Source: Verrucomicrobiota bacterium
GTDB lineage: Bacteria > Verrucomicrobiota > Verrucomicrobiia > Limisphaerales > CANJSG01
NCBI GenBank assembly: GCA_038209745.1
Contig: JBBQXJ010000008.1
Location: 1 to 64,000, forward strand
Reading direction: 5' to 3'
DNA length: 64,000 bases
The position numbers were made by a program, and so were the translations under genes. The notes under the pieces are model-generated. The model was not told where the DNA came from and did not search any database. It saw only the letters and a program-made list of their open reading frames with translations. Shown here piece after piece: positions 36,191-46,659 of this stretch (its first letter is position 1; each line of letters opens with the position of its first letter).

Positions 36191-37312
36191 TCAGGGCCGG
36201 GGTGGGCGCCCCCGGGTGCCGCGGGCGCGGCGGGCGATCGACGGAATTCGCTCATCGCGGACCTTGGGCTCGAACCGGCGCTTAGCGATTTCGCCGAACG
36301 GACGGCGGGCGGCAGGCGGACGCGGACGCGGCGATGGCGCCTCAACGCCTTCGGGGCGCCATGGAGCTTCGCGCCGTATTTCGGGACGGACCGTTCGGCG
36401 AGGGGCCGAAGTTGTCCGGCTTGATTCCCGGCCGAAGACTCGCTGTTCGGGCCGCTCCGGGCGCCGGGAAACGCCTCCGCGAGGCGCACGTGAACCCGAG
36501 GCCTGCACGCCCGTCACCTCGTCCTCTTCTTCATCCGGCTCGTTCAAAGGACCGAGCGGCGGATCGAAGCGGACCTGCTTGATCTGCTCCTCGGCCTGTT
36601 CGGCGTTGAACTTGTAGTAGTGGACGAAGTCCTTGATCGGGGCCGACACCATGATGGCCTTGCGGTCAAAGGGGTCCGCGAATCCCAAGCGGATGGCGCG
36701 CAACCCGAGCAGCGCGTGGCGGTTAGCCCCGGCATACATGCGATCACCCGCCACCGGGGTGCGGTTGGCGAGCAGGTGAAGCCGGATCTGATGGGTGCGG
36801 CCGGTGATGGGCCGAACCAGCACGAGCGCCGCCCGATCGTTCTTCTGCAACACCTGGAAATGGGTCTCGGCCTGCTTGCCGTAGTCCGGATCGACGCGGT
36901 GCCGACCGTACCGCTCGGGATCCGGACCGAGCGGGAGCTGGCAGATCCAGCGATCAAGCTTCGGCACACCATGCGTCACGGCGAGATAGGACTTCTCCAC
37001 CCGGCGCTGGGCGAATTGAACCGAGAGCGGCCGCATCGCTCCCAGGTGCTTGGCACACATCAGCACTCCGCTCGTGTCGGCATCCAGCCGGTGGACGAAC
37101 CGGAGAAACTTCAGTCCCCGGGACCGGGCCCAGAAGGCGCCTCCGCCAATGGAGGATTCGATGGCGATCTGCAGGTTCGAGCGACCTGGCACGGGCACGT
37201 CGGGCGTGAGCACCCAACCAGCCGGTTTGTCCAGGAGCAGAATGCTGCGGTTCTCAAAGAGGATCCGGACAAGAGTTCCGTCCCCGAGTTCAATGTGGGT
37301 GGTTTTGGCCAA
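36191..37312 (-). CDS. RluA-family pseudouridine synthase with an Arg-rich C-terminal tail
   Basis: DKPAG, HRLDADTSG, TGRTHQIR, GDRMY. Confidence 0.9.
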   Translation of the reverse strand: MAKTTHIELGDGTLVRILFENRSILLLDKPAGWVLTPDVPVPGRSNLQIAIESSIGGGAFWARSRGLKFLRFVHRLDADTSGVLMCAKHLGAMRPLSVQFAQRRVEKSYLAVTHGVPKLDRWICQLPLGPDPERYGRHRVDPDYGKQAETHFQVLQKNDRAALVLVRPITGRTHQIRLHLLANRTPVAGDRMYAGANRHALLGLRAIRLGFADPFDRKAIMVSAPIKDFVHYYKFNAEQAEEQIKQVRFDPPLGPLNEPDEEEDEVTGVQASGSRAPRGGVSRRPERPEQRVFGRESSRTTSAPRRTVRPEIRREAPWRPEGVEAPSPRPRPPAARRPFGEIAKRRFEPKVRDERIPSIARRARGTRGRPPRP

Positions 37313-37334
37313 AGGAAAGGACCGGAAACTCCGG

Positions 37335-37652
37335 TCAATCGCGACCTTCCACCAGGGTCGCCTTCTGGGATTCGGCGACGCGGCGGTAGGGCGAATGGAG
37401 ATTGAAGTAGATGCCGCACAGAGGCCGATCGGACTCGGATTGGCTAAGAATAATGGTCACGTGGCCGTCCAGTGCGATCCCGTGTCGCAGATGCGGGGCG
37501 CGGCTCTCGAAGGCGTCGATCGCCTTTTGGACAAGACGATGCAGTGCGCCCTCACAATCGGAGGGCGCCTTCTCAAGACAGACGATGCAGCGGTCGAAGA
37601 CCCGGAGGGCTTCCTGCATCTCTTCTTCAAACATTTCGATGGTCAGCACCAT
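37335..37652 (-). CDS. Hypothetical protein (105 aa)
   Basis: Natural composition, ATG start, ends 22 nt before the RluA gene on the same strand. Confidence 0.65.
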   Translation of the reverse strand: MVLTIEMFEEEMQEALRVFDRCIVCLEKAPSDCEGALHRLVQKAIDAFESRAPHLRHGIALDGHVTIILSQSESDRPLCGIYFNLHSPYRRVAESQKATLVEGRD

Positions 37653-37735
37653 GACCCGGTCATTAAAACGTATGATGGAGGGAAATCAATAGATGCGTCC
37701 TGGATCGGTCGATCCGCGACCGATCCAGGACAAAG

Positions 37736-37763
37736 TAAAAGGGCCGGCTGACGCCGGCCCTTT
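37736..37763 (-). terminator. Rho-independent terminator of rpsA
   Basis: AAAGGGCCGGC-TGAC-GCCGGCCCTTT, about 25 nt after the stop. Confidence 0.75.
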
Positions 37764-37788
37764 ATGGTTGGGATCAGAAGAGACGGGG

Positions 37789-39459
37789 CTACTCCTTGCC
37801 CTTGATCATCTCGTCCGCCGCGTCGAACGCGTGCTGGAGAGCGACGAGGTCTTCGCCGGGCTTCAGGTTGTCGAGCATCTTCTGCTCTTCCTTCAGCTGT
37901 TCCGGGCTGTAGTTGGCCGCCTTGATGGACAGGCCGATGCGCCGGTCGCTGCGGTCGATCTTGATCACACGGGCCGTCACGTCGTCGCCGACCTTGAGCA
38001 CGTTCTTGATCTTGTCCACCCGGTCTTCGCTGACCTGGGAGATGTGGACCAATCCATCGATCTCGTGCTGGAGCCCAACAAAGGCACCGAAGCTCGCCAG
38101 CTTGGTGACCTGGCCGGTGACGAGATCGCCGACTTTGTAGAAGTCGTCGATCTTGTCCCAAGGATCGATCTCGAGCTGCTTCACGCCGATCGAGATGCGC
38201 TGGTTGGCCTTGTCGACCTCGAGCACCACGGCCGCGACGTCGTCGCCCTTCTTGAACACCTCAGACGGGTGGTTGATCTTGCGGGTCCAGCTGATGTCGG
38301 ACACGTGGATCATGCCGTCCAGGCCTTCTTCCAGTTCGACGAAGGCGCCGTAGCTGGTGAGGTTGCGGACCTTGCCGCTGACCTTGGTGCCGACAGGATA
38401 CTTGGCTTCGGCGTTGTCCCACGGGTTGGTCTCGAGCTGGCGGACACCGAGGGAGATCTTCTGTTCCTCGCGGTTGATGCCGAGCACGACGGCCTCGAGT
38501 TCCTGATCCGCCTTGAGGACGTCGGAGGGCTTGGCGATGCGCTTGGTCCAGCTGAGCTCGGTGACGTGGACGAGGCCTTCGACACCGGGTTCGAGTTCGA
38601 CGAAAGCGCCGTAGGGCACGAGGTTGACGACCTTGCCTTTGACCTTCTGGCCAACGGTGTACTTGGCTTCGATGCCTTCCCAAGGATTCTGCATCTTCTG
38701 CTTGAGGCCGAGGGAGACGCGTTCCTTCTCGCGGTTGATGTCGAGAACGACGACGTCGAGGTCCTGTCCGACGCGGAGGAGCTCGCTCGGATGGCCGATG
38801 CGGCCCCAGGACATGTCGGTGATGTGCAGGAGGCCGTCCAGACCGTTGAGGTCGATGAACGCGCCGAAGTCGGTGAGGTTCTTGACGGTGCCCTTGCGGA
38901 TGTCGCCGGGCATCATCTCGGAGAGCAGCTTGGAGCGCTTCTCGTTGCGTTCGGCCTCGATGAGCTCGCGGCGGGACAGGACGACGTTCTGACGGTCCTG
39001 GTTGATCTTGACGACCTTGAACTCGTAGGTGTTGCCGACGAAGGGGGCGAGATTCTTGGGCGGAACGATGTCCACCTGGGAAGCGGGCAGGAACGCCTCG
39101 ACGCCAATGTTGACGATGAGACCGCCCTTGACGGCGGCCTTGACCTTGCCGGTGACGGTGGAGCCTTCGCTGGCGATCTGGAGGATCTTCTCCCAGTTCT
39201 GCTTGAACTCGGCCTTCTCTTTGGAGAGGACGACCATGCCGTCCTTGTCTTCGAGCTTCTCGATCAGGACGTCGATGACATCCCCGACCTTCACGACCTT
39301 GATATCATCGAACTGGTTCCCGGAGACGACCCCTTCGGACTTGTAGCCGATGTCCACCATGACTTCCTTGGGACGGACTTCGATGATGGTTCCCTTTACG
39401 ATCTGGCCCGCAGCGAAGAGCGTGTCGCTCTGCTTCATGGCCTCTTCCATTGTCAGCAT
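37789..39459 (-). CDS. rpsA: 30S ribosomal protein S1
   Basis: Six S1 repeats (VDIGYKSEG, FLPASQVD, DGLLHITDMSW, EGLVHVTELSW, DGMIHVSDISW, DGLVHISQVS). Start placed at MLTMEE. Confidence 0.97.
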   Translation of the reverse strand: MLTMEEAMKQSDTLFAAGQIVKGTIIEVRPKEVMVDIGYKSEGVVSGNQFDDIKVVKVGDVIDVLIEKLEDKDGMVVLSKEKAEFKQNWEKILQIASEGSTVTGKVKAAVKGGLIVNIGVEAFLPASQVDIVPPKNLAPFVGNTYEFKVVKINQDRQNVVLSRRELIEAERNEKRSKLLSEMMPGDIRKGTVKNLTDFGAFIDLNGLDGLLHITDMSWGRIGHPSELLRVGQDLDVVVLDINREKERVSLGLKQKMQNPWEGIEAKYTVGQKVKGKVVNLVPYGAFVELEPGVEGLVHVTELSWTKRIAKPSDVLKADQELEAVVLGINREEQKISLGVRQLETNPWDNAEAKYPVGTKVSGKVRNLTSYGAFVELEEGLDGMIHVSDISWTRKINHPSEVFKKGDDVAAVVLEVDKANQRISIGVKQLEIDPWDKIDDFYKVGDLVTGQVTKLASFGAFVGLQHEIDGLVHISQVSEDRVDKIKNVLKVGDDVTARVIKIDRSDRRIGLSIKAANYSPEQLKEEQKMLDNLKPGEDLVALQHAFDAADEMIKGKE

Positions 39460-39699
39460 TCTGCTTCTCTTTATGAATATCAGCGGGAGTCCTATCGGCG
39501 TGAAATCGCCTGAAGGCTCCATTGCCTAACTGAAAACCCTGGTTGCCTGGCAACGGAGGTTGAAGGTTAGGTTGCTGGTTGACTGTTGTTTCTCGGCCCT
39601 GTTCGACAATCCGCACACGCGGCGTCGGGGCGATTGACAAACTCCTGCATCCAGAACCTCGCTGGCAAGCTGTTATTTGCCCTCCGGCTCGCCGCACGG

Positions 39700-40006
39700 G
39701 CGGGCCCAAATTCGACTTTCACGCCCACGCTGAGCCGGCAAGCCGGCCTCCAGAAGGCCGCTGTCCGAGAACACAACGCCCTCGAGGGTAAAGGCAGCAG
39801 CCGTCGCCCCGGTCTTCAAGACAAAGTCTTCGGTCCTGGTTTGTTCCTGTAAGTGGAGACCCAGGTCGGCATCGATCAGCGGCAGGATATGGGGCGGGCG
39901 TTCGACAACGGTGACGTGGATTCCTCGGCGATGAAGCAGGATAGGCCGCAGCCGACGCACCGCTGGGGACACCGCGCCCGACAACAATACGACGGGGAGT
40001 TTTCAT
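39700..40006 (-). pseudogene. Remnant of a CoA-disulfide reductase/NADH oxidase family gene
   Basis: MKTPRRIVVGRGVPSGASAAA (FAD-binding start) abuts, in another frame, HRRGIHVTVVERPPHILPLIDAD (NAD-domain segment). Confidence 0.6.
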
Positions 40007-40121
40007 CGGGGCGACATTGACAAATCGGAACCAAAAACAAGGAGCGGGTCGCCGATCAGTGGTCTTCCAGCGTCTCCGGGCTGCAATCTCGAATCGCACC
40101 GCAAACCCGTCACGATGCGGG

Positions 40122-41921
40122 CTACCCCAGCGGCTCCGCACCGCGGGTGACCCTCGCGTAGTACCCGCCCCGGCGGATCAGTTCATCGTGCGATCCGCTC
40201 TCGGCGATCGCCCCGTCCTGGATCACGATGATCTTCGTCACACGCCGGATGGTGCTGAGCCGATGCGCCACCATCAGGACGGTGCGGCCGCGCATGAGCT
40301 CATGGAGGCTTTGGACGACCAGCTGTTCGCTCTCGGCATCGAGCGCGCTCGTAGGCTCGTCGAGCAGCAGAACCGGGGCGTTCTTGAGGAAGGCCCGCGC
40401 GAGATTCAGCCGCTGCCGCTCGCCAACGCTGAGTCGGGATGCGCCGTCGCCGACCGAAGTGTCATAGCCTCGAGAAAGCCGACGGATGAAGGCGTCGGCA
40501 TTGGCGGACTTGGCCGCGGCTTCGATCTCTTCTCGCGACGCCCCGGGTTTGCCATACGCGATATTCTCGGCGATGGACGCCGGGAGCAGGATCGGCTCCT
40601 GCAGCACGACCGCGATCTGGGAGCGAAGATCCCGCAGCTTCAATTCGCGGAGATCCACTCCGTCCAATGAGACCGCGCCAGACGTTGGATCGTAGAACCG
40701 CGGGAGCAGGTTCATCAGCGTGGTTTTGCCCACGCCGCTAGGACCGATGATCGCGGCGGATTCGCCCGGTTTCAGACAGAACGAAATGTCGCGCAAGACC
40801 GAGCGTTCGGAAGTGTAACCGAAGCCGACGTGGTCGAAGCGCACTTCGCCGCGAACGGTCAACGCGCCAGACGCGGGGGACGGATCTCCGACACGTGAGA
40901 CTCCCCGCTTCCCGTCTTTGACTTCCTCCGGCGTATCCAGAAGTTCAAACACCCGACCCGCCGCCGCTGACGCGCTGGAAACGGTCGCCCCTACATGGGA
41001 AAGCTGGTTGAGCGGGTCGTAGAGCTGCCCGAGATAGGTCAGAAAGATGAAGAGATCGCCAACCGTAAGTTTACCAGACAGCACCTCGCGTCCTCCCATC
41101 CAGATGATCGCGGCGGCCCCAAGCCCGAAAACCGATCCGATCGCCAGCCAATAGACCAATTCCCATGCGTGTTGGGCCAACCGCGTGTCGTGGGCCGTCA
41201 AGGTCTGCGTGTTGAACTGGGTCTGTTCATAGTCCTCCCGCGTGTAGCTCTGGATGAGCGGCAGAGCCACGACGGTTTGTTGGACCTGCGACGTGACCGC
41301 GCTGTCCGCCTGTTGAGCGGCGGCTCCCCGCTCCGTCATCTTCTTTCCGAAGAACCGGATGACCAGAAGCAGCAGCGGCACGGTGCCGAGGGCGACGAGG
41401 GTCAACCCGCCGTTCAGCTTCAGCATCACGACGACCATCATGCAGAGTGAAATCAGCGCCTTGAGGAACGTCAGGAGCCCCTGCTGAAAAAGTGTCTGGA
41501 TCGAGTAGGTGTCCCAAGACGCGCGGTAGATCAGGTCGCCGCTCTTCGTCCCCTGATGGAATTTGAGCGAAAGCCGTTGGAGACACGCGAAAACCGCGTT
41601 GCGCGCTCGCATCAGACCGCGCAGCCCGGCCTGGATGGAGATGAAGTTCTGTCCGGCATCGATCGTCCCTTGGAATAGATAGATCACAAACGCCGCCAAC
41701 CCCAATACGGCCACGGCGGTCGCCTTCGGCCAGTCCGCTGCCCCAGTGCCGGCGAGCCATGATGGCAGCGGCTTGTCACCGAGAACCGAATCGATGAGCA
41801 GCGCCACCGGCCATGGCTTGAGAAGATTTGTTCCTACCCCCAGAAAAAGCAGACCCAGAATCGCGACCAAACGGCGGCGATCATCACGATAGAACTGAAA
41901 TGCTCTGCGCCACGGCGACAT
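40122..41921 (-). CDS. ABC transporter, fused permease and ATPase (exporter type)
   Basis: TM domain; GPSGVGKT, LSVGERQR, LLLDEPTS, VAHRLST. Confidence 0.93.
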   Translation of the reverse strand: MSPWRRAFQFYRDDRRRLVAILGLLFLGVGTNLLKPWPVALLIDSVLGDKPLPSWLAGTGAADWPKATAVAVLGLAAFVIYLFQGTIDAGQNFISIQAGLRGLMRARNAVFACLQRLSLKFHQGTKSGDLIYRASWDTYSIQTLFQQGLLTFLKALISLCMMVVVMLKLNGGLTLVALGTVPLLLLVIRFFGKKMTERGAAAQQADSAVTSQVQQTVVALPLIQSYTREDYEQTQFNTQTLTAHDTRLAQHAWELVYWLAIGSVFGLGAAAIIWMGGREVLSGKLTVGDLFIFLTYLGQLYDPLNQLSHVGATVSSASAAAGRVFELLDTPEEVKDGKRGVSRVGDPSPASGALTVRGEVRFDHVGFGYTSERSVLRDISFCLKPGESAAIIGPSGVGKTTLMNLLPRFYDPTSGAVSLDGVDLRELKLRDLRSQIAVVLQEPILLPASIAENIAYGKPGASREEIEAAAKSANADAFIRRLSRGYDTSVGDGASRLSVGERQRLNLARAFLKNAPVLLLDEPTSALDAESEQLVVQSLHELMRGRTVLMVAHRLSTIRRVTKIIVIQDGAIAESGSHDELIRRGGYYARVTRGAEPLG

Positions 41922-42050
41922 GTGGCGCGCAGACTAGGAGCGCCGCGAGGAGAGAATCCAGTCCGATGCGTCCGACAACCCCTCGATCAATTCCACTCGA
42001 TCCCGCGACCGGTTGCGCCATGAGCCGGCGCGACCCCGGGGCTCACGCCT

Positions 42051-42854
42051 TCAAACGACGACGTCTTCGGACTTCCGGAAGAACACCCAGCGGACCATCA
42101 AAAGACCAAAGACACCCGCTGCGGCCACCGGTCCTGCTTCCGGGACCGGAGTGGTTTGAAATTGGCCGAACTGCTGGATCGATTGGCCGCCGTCTCCCGC
42201 CAAAATGTTCAAATGGCCAATCGCGAACGAATCTTGTTCGCTCACCCCCAGCCGGACGTAGGAGATGACAGGCATGTCTGCCTGGATCCCGACGAAAGCC
42301 ACATTCCCGTTGGAGCAATAGCAGGCATTGCCCCCCACCGAATAGGAGCCAACCATCACGTCGTTGACGTCGAACGCCTCGATCCAACCGGTATACGCTC
42401 CGTAAGGATCGCTCTGGATCCGGGTTCCGACCGCGAGGACAGGAGTGCTGAAAGACACGGTGATCGGCTCGGTGACCGACCGCATGCTGCCCTGCTCTTC
42501 ATGCTTCCACAGAAGTTTCTCGCCCGCCGCGAAGCAACCCATCCAGCCCGAGTCCTGGTCTCGCCGATCCAACAATCCCGACGGCGAAGACACCGTGAGC
42601 GAGAGACCGGCTGTAACGGGCAAGGTGAACGACATTGGCAGCGCGTCGTATTCCATTCCAGCTGCGGACCAGTCGACCGTGTCGGACCAAGACACCCCGC
42701 CTTCACTGGTGATGGAAGTCACCAACGGTGCATTCGCCCAAGCTTTGGGCAACTTCATGCCGGGACCAAGAATAGCCAGCCCAACCGTCAACAACGAAGA
42801 AACCCGGGCAACTCTGGTGTTAAGAATGTTGGTGTTTGACTTAGAGGTTTTCAT
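42051..42854 (-). CDS. PEP-CTERM-like sorting-signal surface protein
   Basis: Signal peptide; C-terminal PVPEAG, TM helix and basic residues (FFRK). Start placed at MKTSKS. Confidence 0.7.
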   Translation of the reverse strand: MKTSKSNTNILNTRVARVSSLLTVGLAILGPGMKLPKAWANAPLVTSITSEGGVSWSDTVDWSAAGMEYDALPMSFTLPVTAGLSLTVSSPSGLLDRRDQDSGWMGCFAAGEKLLWKHEEQGSMRSVTEPITVSFSTPVLAVGTRIQSDPYGAYTGWIEAFDVNDVMVGSYSVGGNACYCSNGNVAFVGIQADMPVISYVRLGVSEQDSFAIGHLNILAGDGGQSIQQFGQFQTTPVPEAGPVAAAGVFGLLMVRWVFFRKSEDVVV

Positions 42855-43079
42855 ATCGCTGCCGAAGTTGTCCCACAACAGGACATCTTGGTCAACATGA
42901 TTTGCTTTATTTCGGGACACTTTTTAAATACAAATCTTCACGCTGTTTTAATTCGTCCTGTTTTTGGTTTTTAAATCGACTGAGATTTTGAAATTCGAGC
43001 CATCTCCTCCCAAATCAAAACCAAAGCTGTATCCCGCTCGCTCTGTTCATTCCGAGGGTTTTCCGCTAGGTTTCGAGAA

Positions 43080-44480
43080 GTGGTAGACCTCCAACATCGC
43101 GTTCGCACTTTCTTGGTCCGGCGGCTCAGCCACCTTCCCAACGCGAAGTTGGTCGTCGCCGTTTCTGGGGGGGTGGATTCCATGGCGTTGCTCCATTTGA
43201 TCCACTCGGCGCTGCCTCGCCCGGCTCTCGCGATCACGGTTGCCCACTTCAATCACCACCTGCGCGGCCGGGAGAGCGATGCGGATCAAAACGTCGTGCA
43301 ACGATCAGCCAAATCGCTGGGCATTTCTTTCAGCACCGGTTTTCCCCAAACAGCCTACCAATCTGGAGGCGGCTCCACCGAGATGTGGGCGCGCCGAGAG
43401 CGGCATTCCTTCCTCGCAGCCACCGCTCGCGCTCTCAACGCTTCCTTCATCGTTACAGCGCATCATGCGGACGATCAGGTCGAGTCGGTGTTTCTTAGGT
43501 TGTTTCGTGGCGAAGCCTCCAGTTTGGGGGGAATGGCCCAAGATGAACCGGCTCCGTTTGACCCTGATCTGACCCTGCTCCGTCCCCTGCTAACGGTTTC
43601 AAAATCGACGCTGGTCGTCTTCGCCCAGACTCGCCGGATCCAATATCGGAACGATCTCTCCAACTTGGATGAATCCTTCAAGCGCAACTGGATCCGCAAC
43701 CGGCTGATCCCCAGTATTGTCGACCGCTTCGGTCCCTCTGTGACAACAACCGTGCAACGATGTGCCGAGATCTTGGGAGCAGAATCGGACTATATGGAGG
43801 GCGAGGCGACTGCGTGGCTGGCAACGCCAGAGTCACGACGACCTCACCGTTTCTCCGCGCTACCAACCGCTCTCCAGCGCCGCGTCGTGGTCAAACAGCT
43901 CAAAGATGCCTCGTTGGTTCCAGATTTTGCCCACATTGAACAGCTCAGGAACAAGCTGGGCGCGACGGTGATGTTGGAAGGCGGCCACTCGGTCCAATTG
44001 GATCACACGGGGAGACTGGTTCGCCTTATCCAGCGCTCGCCGCTTACCTTCGATCAGCGCACAGTCCAAGTCCTTCTCAATGAGGGCTCTTCTGTCCAAT
44101 TCGGCACCGCAACCTTGCACTGGAAGACCACTCCACTAAGCCACCCGATCCGAATACCCCGCTCCAAGACCGGGCGCGAACTCCTCGATGCGGACGCCAT
44201 CGGCCCCGGCATCATCCTTCGCCATTGGCAACCTGGCGACCGCTTCCAACCCATCGGCTTGGGCAAGGCCGCCAAGATCCAGAACTTGTTCGTTTCGGCC
44301 AAAATTCCCGCTGATACTCGTCGGAGTCGAATCGTCGCCGCCCGCCCAGATGGGGAGATCTTCTGGGTAGAAGGCCTGCGAATTTCGGAAAATTTCAAAC
44401 TCAGTCCCTCAACCCGCCGATACCTTGATTGGCGCTGGCAGCGCGCCAAGCCGATTCTTGCGACCCCCATGGGAGCATGA
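43080..44480 (+). CDS. tilS: tRNA(Ile)-lysidine synthetase
   Basis: AVSGGVDS, AHFNHHLR, TAHHADDQ, RPLL, RNWIR, WQPGDRF; directly upstream of ftsH. Confidence 0.93.
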   Translation: MVDLQHRVRTFLVRRLSHLPNAKLVVAVSGGVDSMALLHLIHSALPRPALAITVAHFNHHLRGRESDADQNVVQRSAKSLGISFSTGFPQTAYQSGGGSTEMWARRERHSFLAATARALNASFIVTAHHADDQVESVFLRLFRGEASSLGGMAQDEPAPFDPDLTLLRPLLTVSKSTLVVFAQTRRIQYRNDLSNLDESFKRNWIRNRLIPSIVDRFGPSVTTTVQRCAEILGAESDYMEGEATAWLATPESRRPHRFSALPTALQRRVVVKQLKDASLVPDFAHIEQLRNKLGATVMLEGGHSVQLDHTGRLVRLIQRSPLTFDQRTVQVLLNEGSSVQFGTATLHWKTTPLSHPIRIPRSKTGRELLDADAIGPGIILRHWQPGDRFQPIGLGKAAKIQNLFVSAKIPADTRRSRIVAARPDGEIFWVEGLRISENFKLSPSTRRYLDWRWQRAKPILATPMGA

Positions 44481-44507
44481 TAGATTTTGCAAACAACTTG
44501 ATACGAG

Positions 44508-46550
44508 ATGTCTGACAACAACAAAAAATCCGACGACGAGAAAAACGACAAGAGGGGCGGCGATTTTCGTTTCAACTCCCGGACCTTGGCCTTGTGGATC
44601 GCCATTTTGGGGGCCTTTGCGGTCCTAATGTTCATGAGGAACACCACAGTCGTCCAACCTCAGGAGCTTTCGCTCGTCGAGCTCTTGGAAAAGGTCAAAC
44701 AAGACCGGGTGCTCGACGGAAAGATCACTTATAGCCAGCAATCGAACATCCAGACCATTACTGGCAAACTGATCAAGACGGACGCCAAGGGCGATCCGAT
44801 CATGGGCAAGGACGGCAAACCCGAAACCACCGACTTCCGCACCCAAGATGTACTCACCGAGAGCTACCGCGACAAATTGATCGCCTCAGGAAAATTTAAG
44901 CCGTTCGAAGCCAGCACTTTTTGGCTCAACTTTGTCTATGGACTTCTCCCGCTCCTGATTGTCGTCGCGCTCATCTACTTCTTCCTCGTTCGCCAGATCA
45001 AGATGGCCGGCAAGGGCGCCATGAGTTTCGGCAAGAGCAAGGCCCGCATGATGGCCAAGGACAAGAACAAGCTCACCTTCAAGGACGTCGCCGGTGTCGA
45101 GGAAGCGAAGGACGAAGTTTCCGAGCTGGTCGATTTCCTCAAAGATCCCAAGAAATTTCAGAAACTCGGCGGCCGCATTCCCAAAGGCATCTTGATGATC
45201 GGCCCACCCGGAACCGGCAAAACGCTTCTCGCCAAAGCCATTGCCGGCGAGGCCGATGCCGCATTTTTCAGCATCAGTGGCTCGGACTTCGTGGAGATGT
45301 TCGTCGGCGTCGGCGCCAGCCGCGTCCGCGACATGTTCGATCAGGCCCGGAAAACCACGCCATGCCTAATCTTCATCGACGAAATCGATGCCGTGGGTCG
45401 CAGCCGGGGTCATGGCTTCGGCGGCGGCAACGACGAACGCGAGCAGACGCTCAACGCGCTGCTGGTCGAGATGGACGGCTTCGACACCCAAGAAGGCATC
45501 ATCATCATTGCGGCCACGAATCGTCCCGACGTCTTGGATCCAGCCCTCCTCCGTCCCGGCCGTTTCGACCGTCAGATCACGGTCAGCCTTCCAGATGTGC
45601 GAGGACGCGAAGCGATTTTGAAAGTTCACGCTAAAAACGTGAAATTGGACCCTATAGCCGACCTTTCCGTCATTGCCCGCGGCACTCCTGGCTATTCAGG
45701 TGCCGATCTCGCCAACCTGCTAAACGAAGCCGCCCTCTTCGCCGCCCGTACCGGCAAAAAGTCGATCTCCATGTCCGATCTCGAGGAAGCGCGCGTCAAG
45801 GTCCGATGGGGTCGTGAACGCCGCAGCTTGGCCATGTCGGACGAGAACAAAAAGCTGACCGCTTGGCACGAAGCCGGACACGCGCTCGTCAACGTGCTGC
45901 TCAAGCACACTCACCCCCTGCACAAGGTTACCATCATTCCGCGCGGCCAATCGCTCGGTTCCACTTGGTCCCTGCCCAAGGAAGATCAGCTGAACTACGG
46001 TCGCCTCCAGATGCTGGACGAAATCTCGATGGCAATGGCCGGACGCATCGCCGAGGAGATCGTCTCCGGCGATATTTCCACCGGCGCTTCGGGCGACATC
46101 CAGATGGCCACCCATCTCGCCCGCAACATGGTTTGCCAGTGGGGAATGAGCGACAAGGTGGGCATGGTCCAGTTCGGCAGCGACAACGACAACGTGTTCC
46201 TGGGCAGGGACTTCGCGACCAAGAAGGATTACAGCGAACAAACCGCCCAAAAGATCGACGAAGAAGTGCGCCGCATCATCACCGAAGCCTATGATCGTTC
46301 GAAAAGCCTCATCGGTTCCCACCGCGACAAGCTGGAGATGATCGCCAACGCGCTCCTCGAATACGAAACCCTCGATGGTTCCCAAGTCGAAGAGATCATC
46401 AGCACCGGGACGTTCACCCCGCCGGCGCATCATCCCAGAGATGTGGACCCTCCTTCCGGCGCTCAAGCAGTCACAACCGGCAATGAGCCCGTCAAACCGG
46501 CTCCTCCGATCCTCCCCGGACTGGGAACCCCAAGCCCGGCCCCAGCGTAG
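44508..46550 (+). CDS. ftsH: ATP-dependent zinc metalloprotease FtsH
   Basis: Two TM helices; [28 protein letters not shown]. Confidence 0.97.
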   Translation: MSDNNKKSDDEKNDKRGGDFRFNSRTLALWIAILGAFAVLMFMRNTTVVQPQELSLVELLEKVKQDRVLDGKITYSQQSNIQTITGKLIKTDAKGDPIMGKDGKPETTDFRTQDVLTESYRDKLIASGKFKPFEASTFWLNFVYGLLPLLIVVALIYFFLVRQIKMAGKGAMSFGKSKARMMAKDKNKLTFKDVAGVEEAKDEVSELVDFLKDPKKFQKLGGRIPKGILMIGPPGTGKTLLAKAIAGEADAAFFSISGSDFVEMFVGVGASRVRDMFDQARKTTPCLIFIDEIDAVGRSRGHGFGGGNDEREQTLNALLVEMDGFDTQEGIIIIAATNRPDVLDPALLRPGRFDRQITVSLPDVRGREAILKVHAKNVKLDPIADLSVIARGTPGYSGADLANLLNEAALFAARTGKKSISMSDLEEARVKVRWGRERRSLAMSDENKKLTAWHEAGHALVNVLLKHTHPLHKVTIIPRGQSLGSTWSLPKEDQLNYGRLQMLDEISMAMAGRIAEEIVSGDISTGASGDIQMATHLARNMVCQWGMSDKVGMVQFGSDNDNVFLGRDFATKKDYSEQTAQKIDEEVRRIITEAYDRSKSLIGSHRDKLEMIANALLEYETLDGSQVEEIISTGTFTPPAHHPRDVDPPSGAQAVTTGNEPVKPAPPILPGLGTPSPAPA

Positions 46551-46576
46551 CCGAGAATCGCATTCGCCAGATTCCG

Positions 46577-46615
46577 AACCCCTGCCAGTTATCAATTGGC
46601 GGGGGTTTACTTTTT
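46577..46615 (+). terminator. Rho-independent terminator of ftsH
   Basis: AACCCCTGCCAGTT-ATC-AATTGGCGGGGGTT followed by TACTTTTT. Confidence 0.75.
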
Positions 46616-46659
46616 AAGGACCGACTCGAGCCCTGACCAGAAGTCGCGTTCCCGGCTCG

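Noticed and set aside
42860..43070. AT-rich stretch with TGTCC/GGACA repeats
   Set aside because: Consistent with an ordinary divergent promoter region; repeats too short to call
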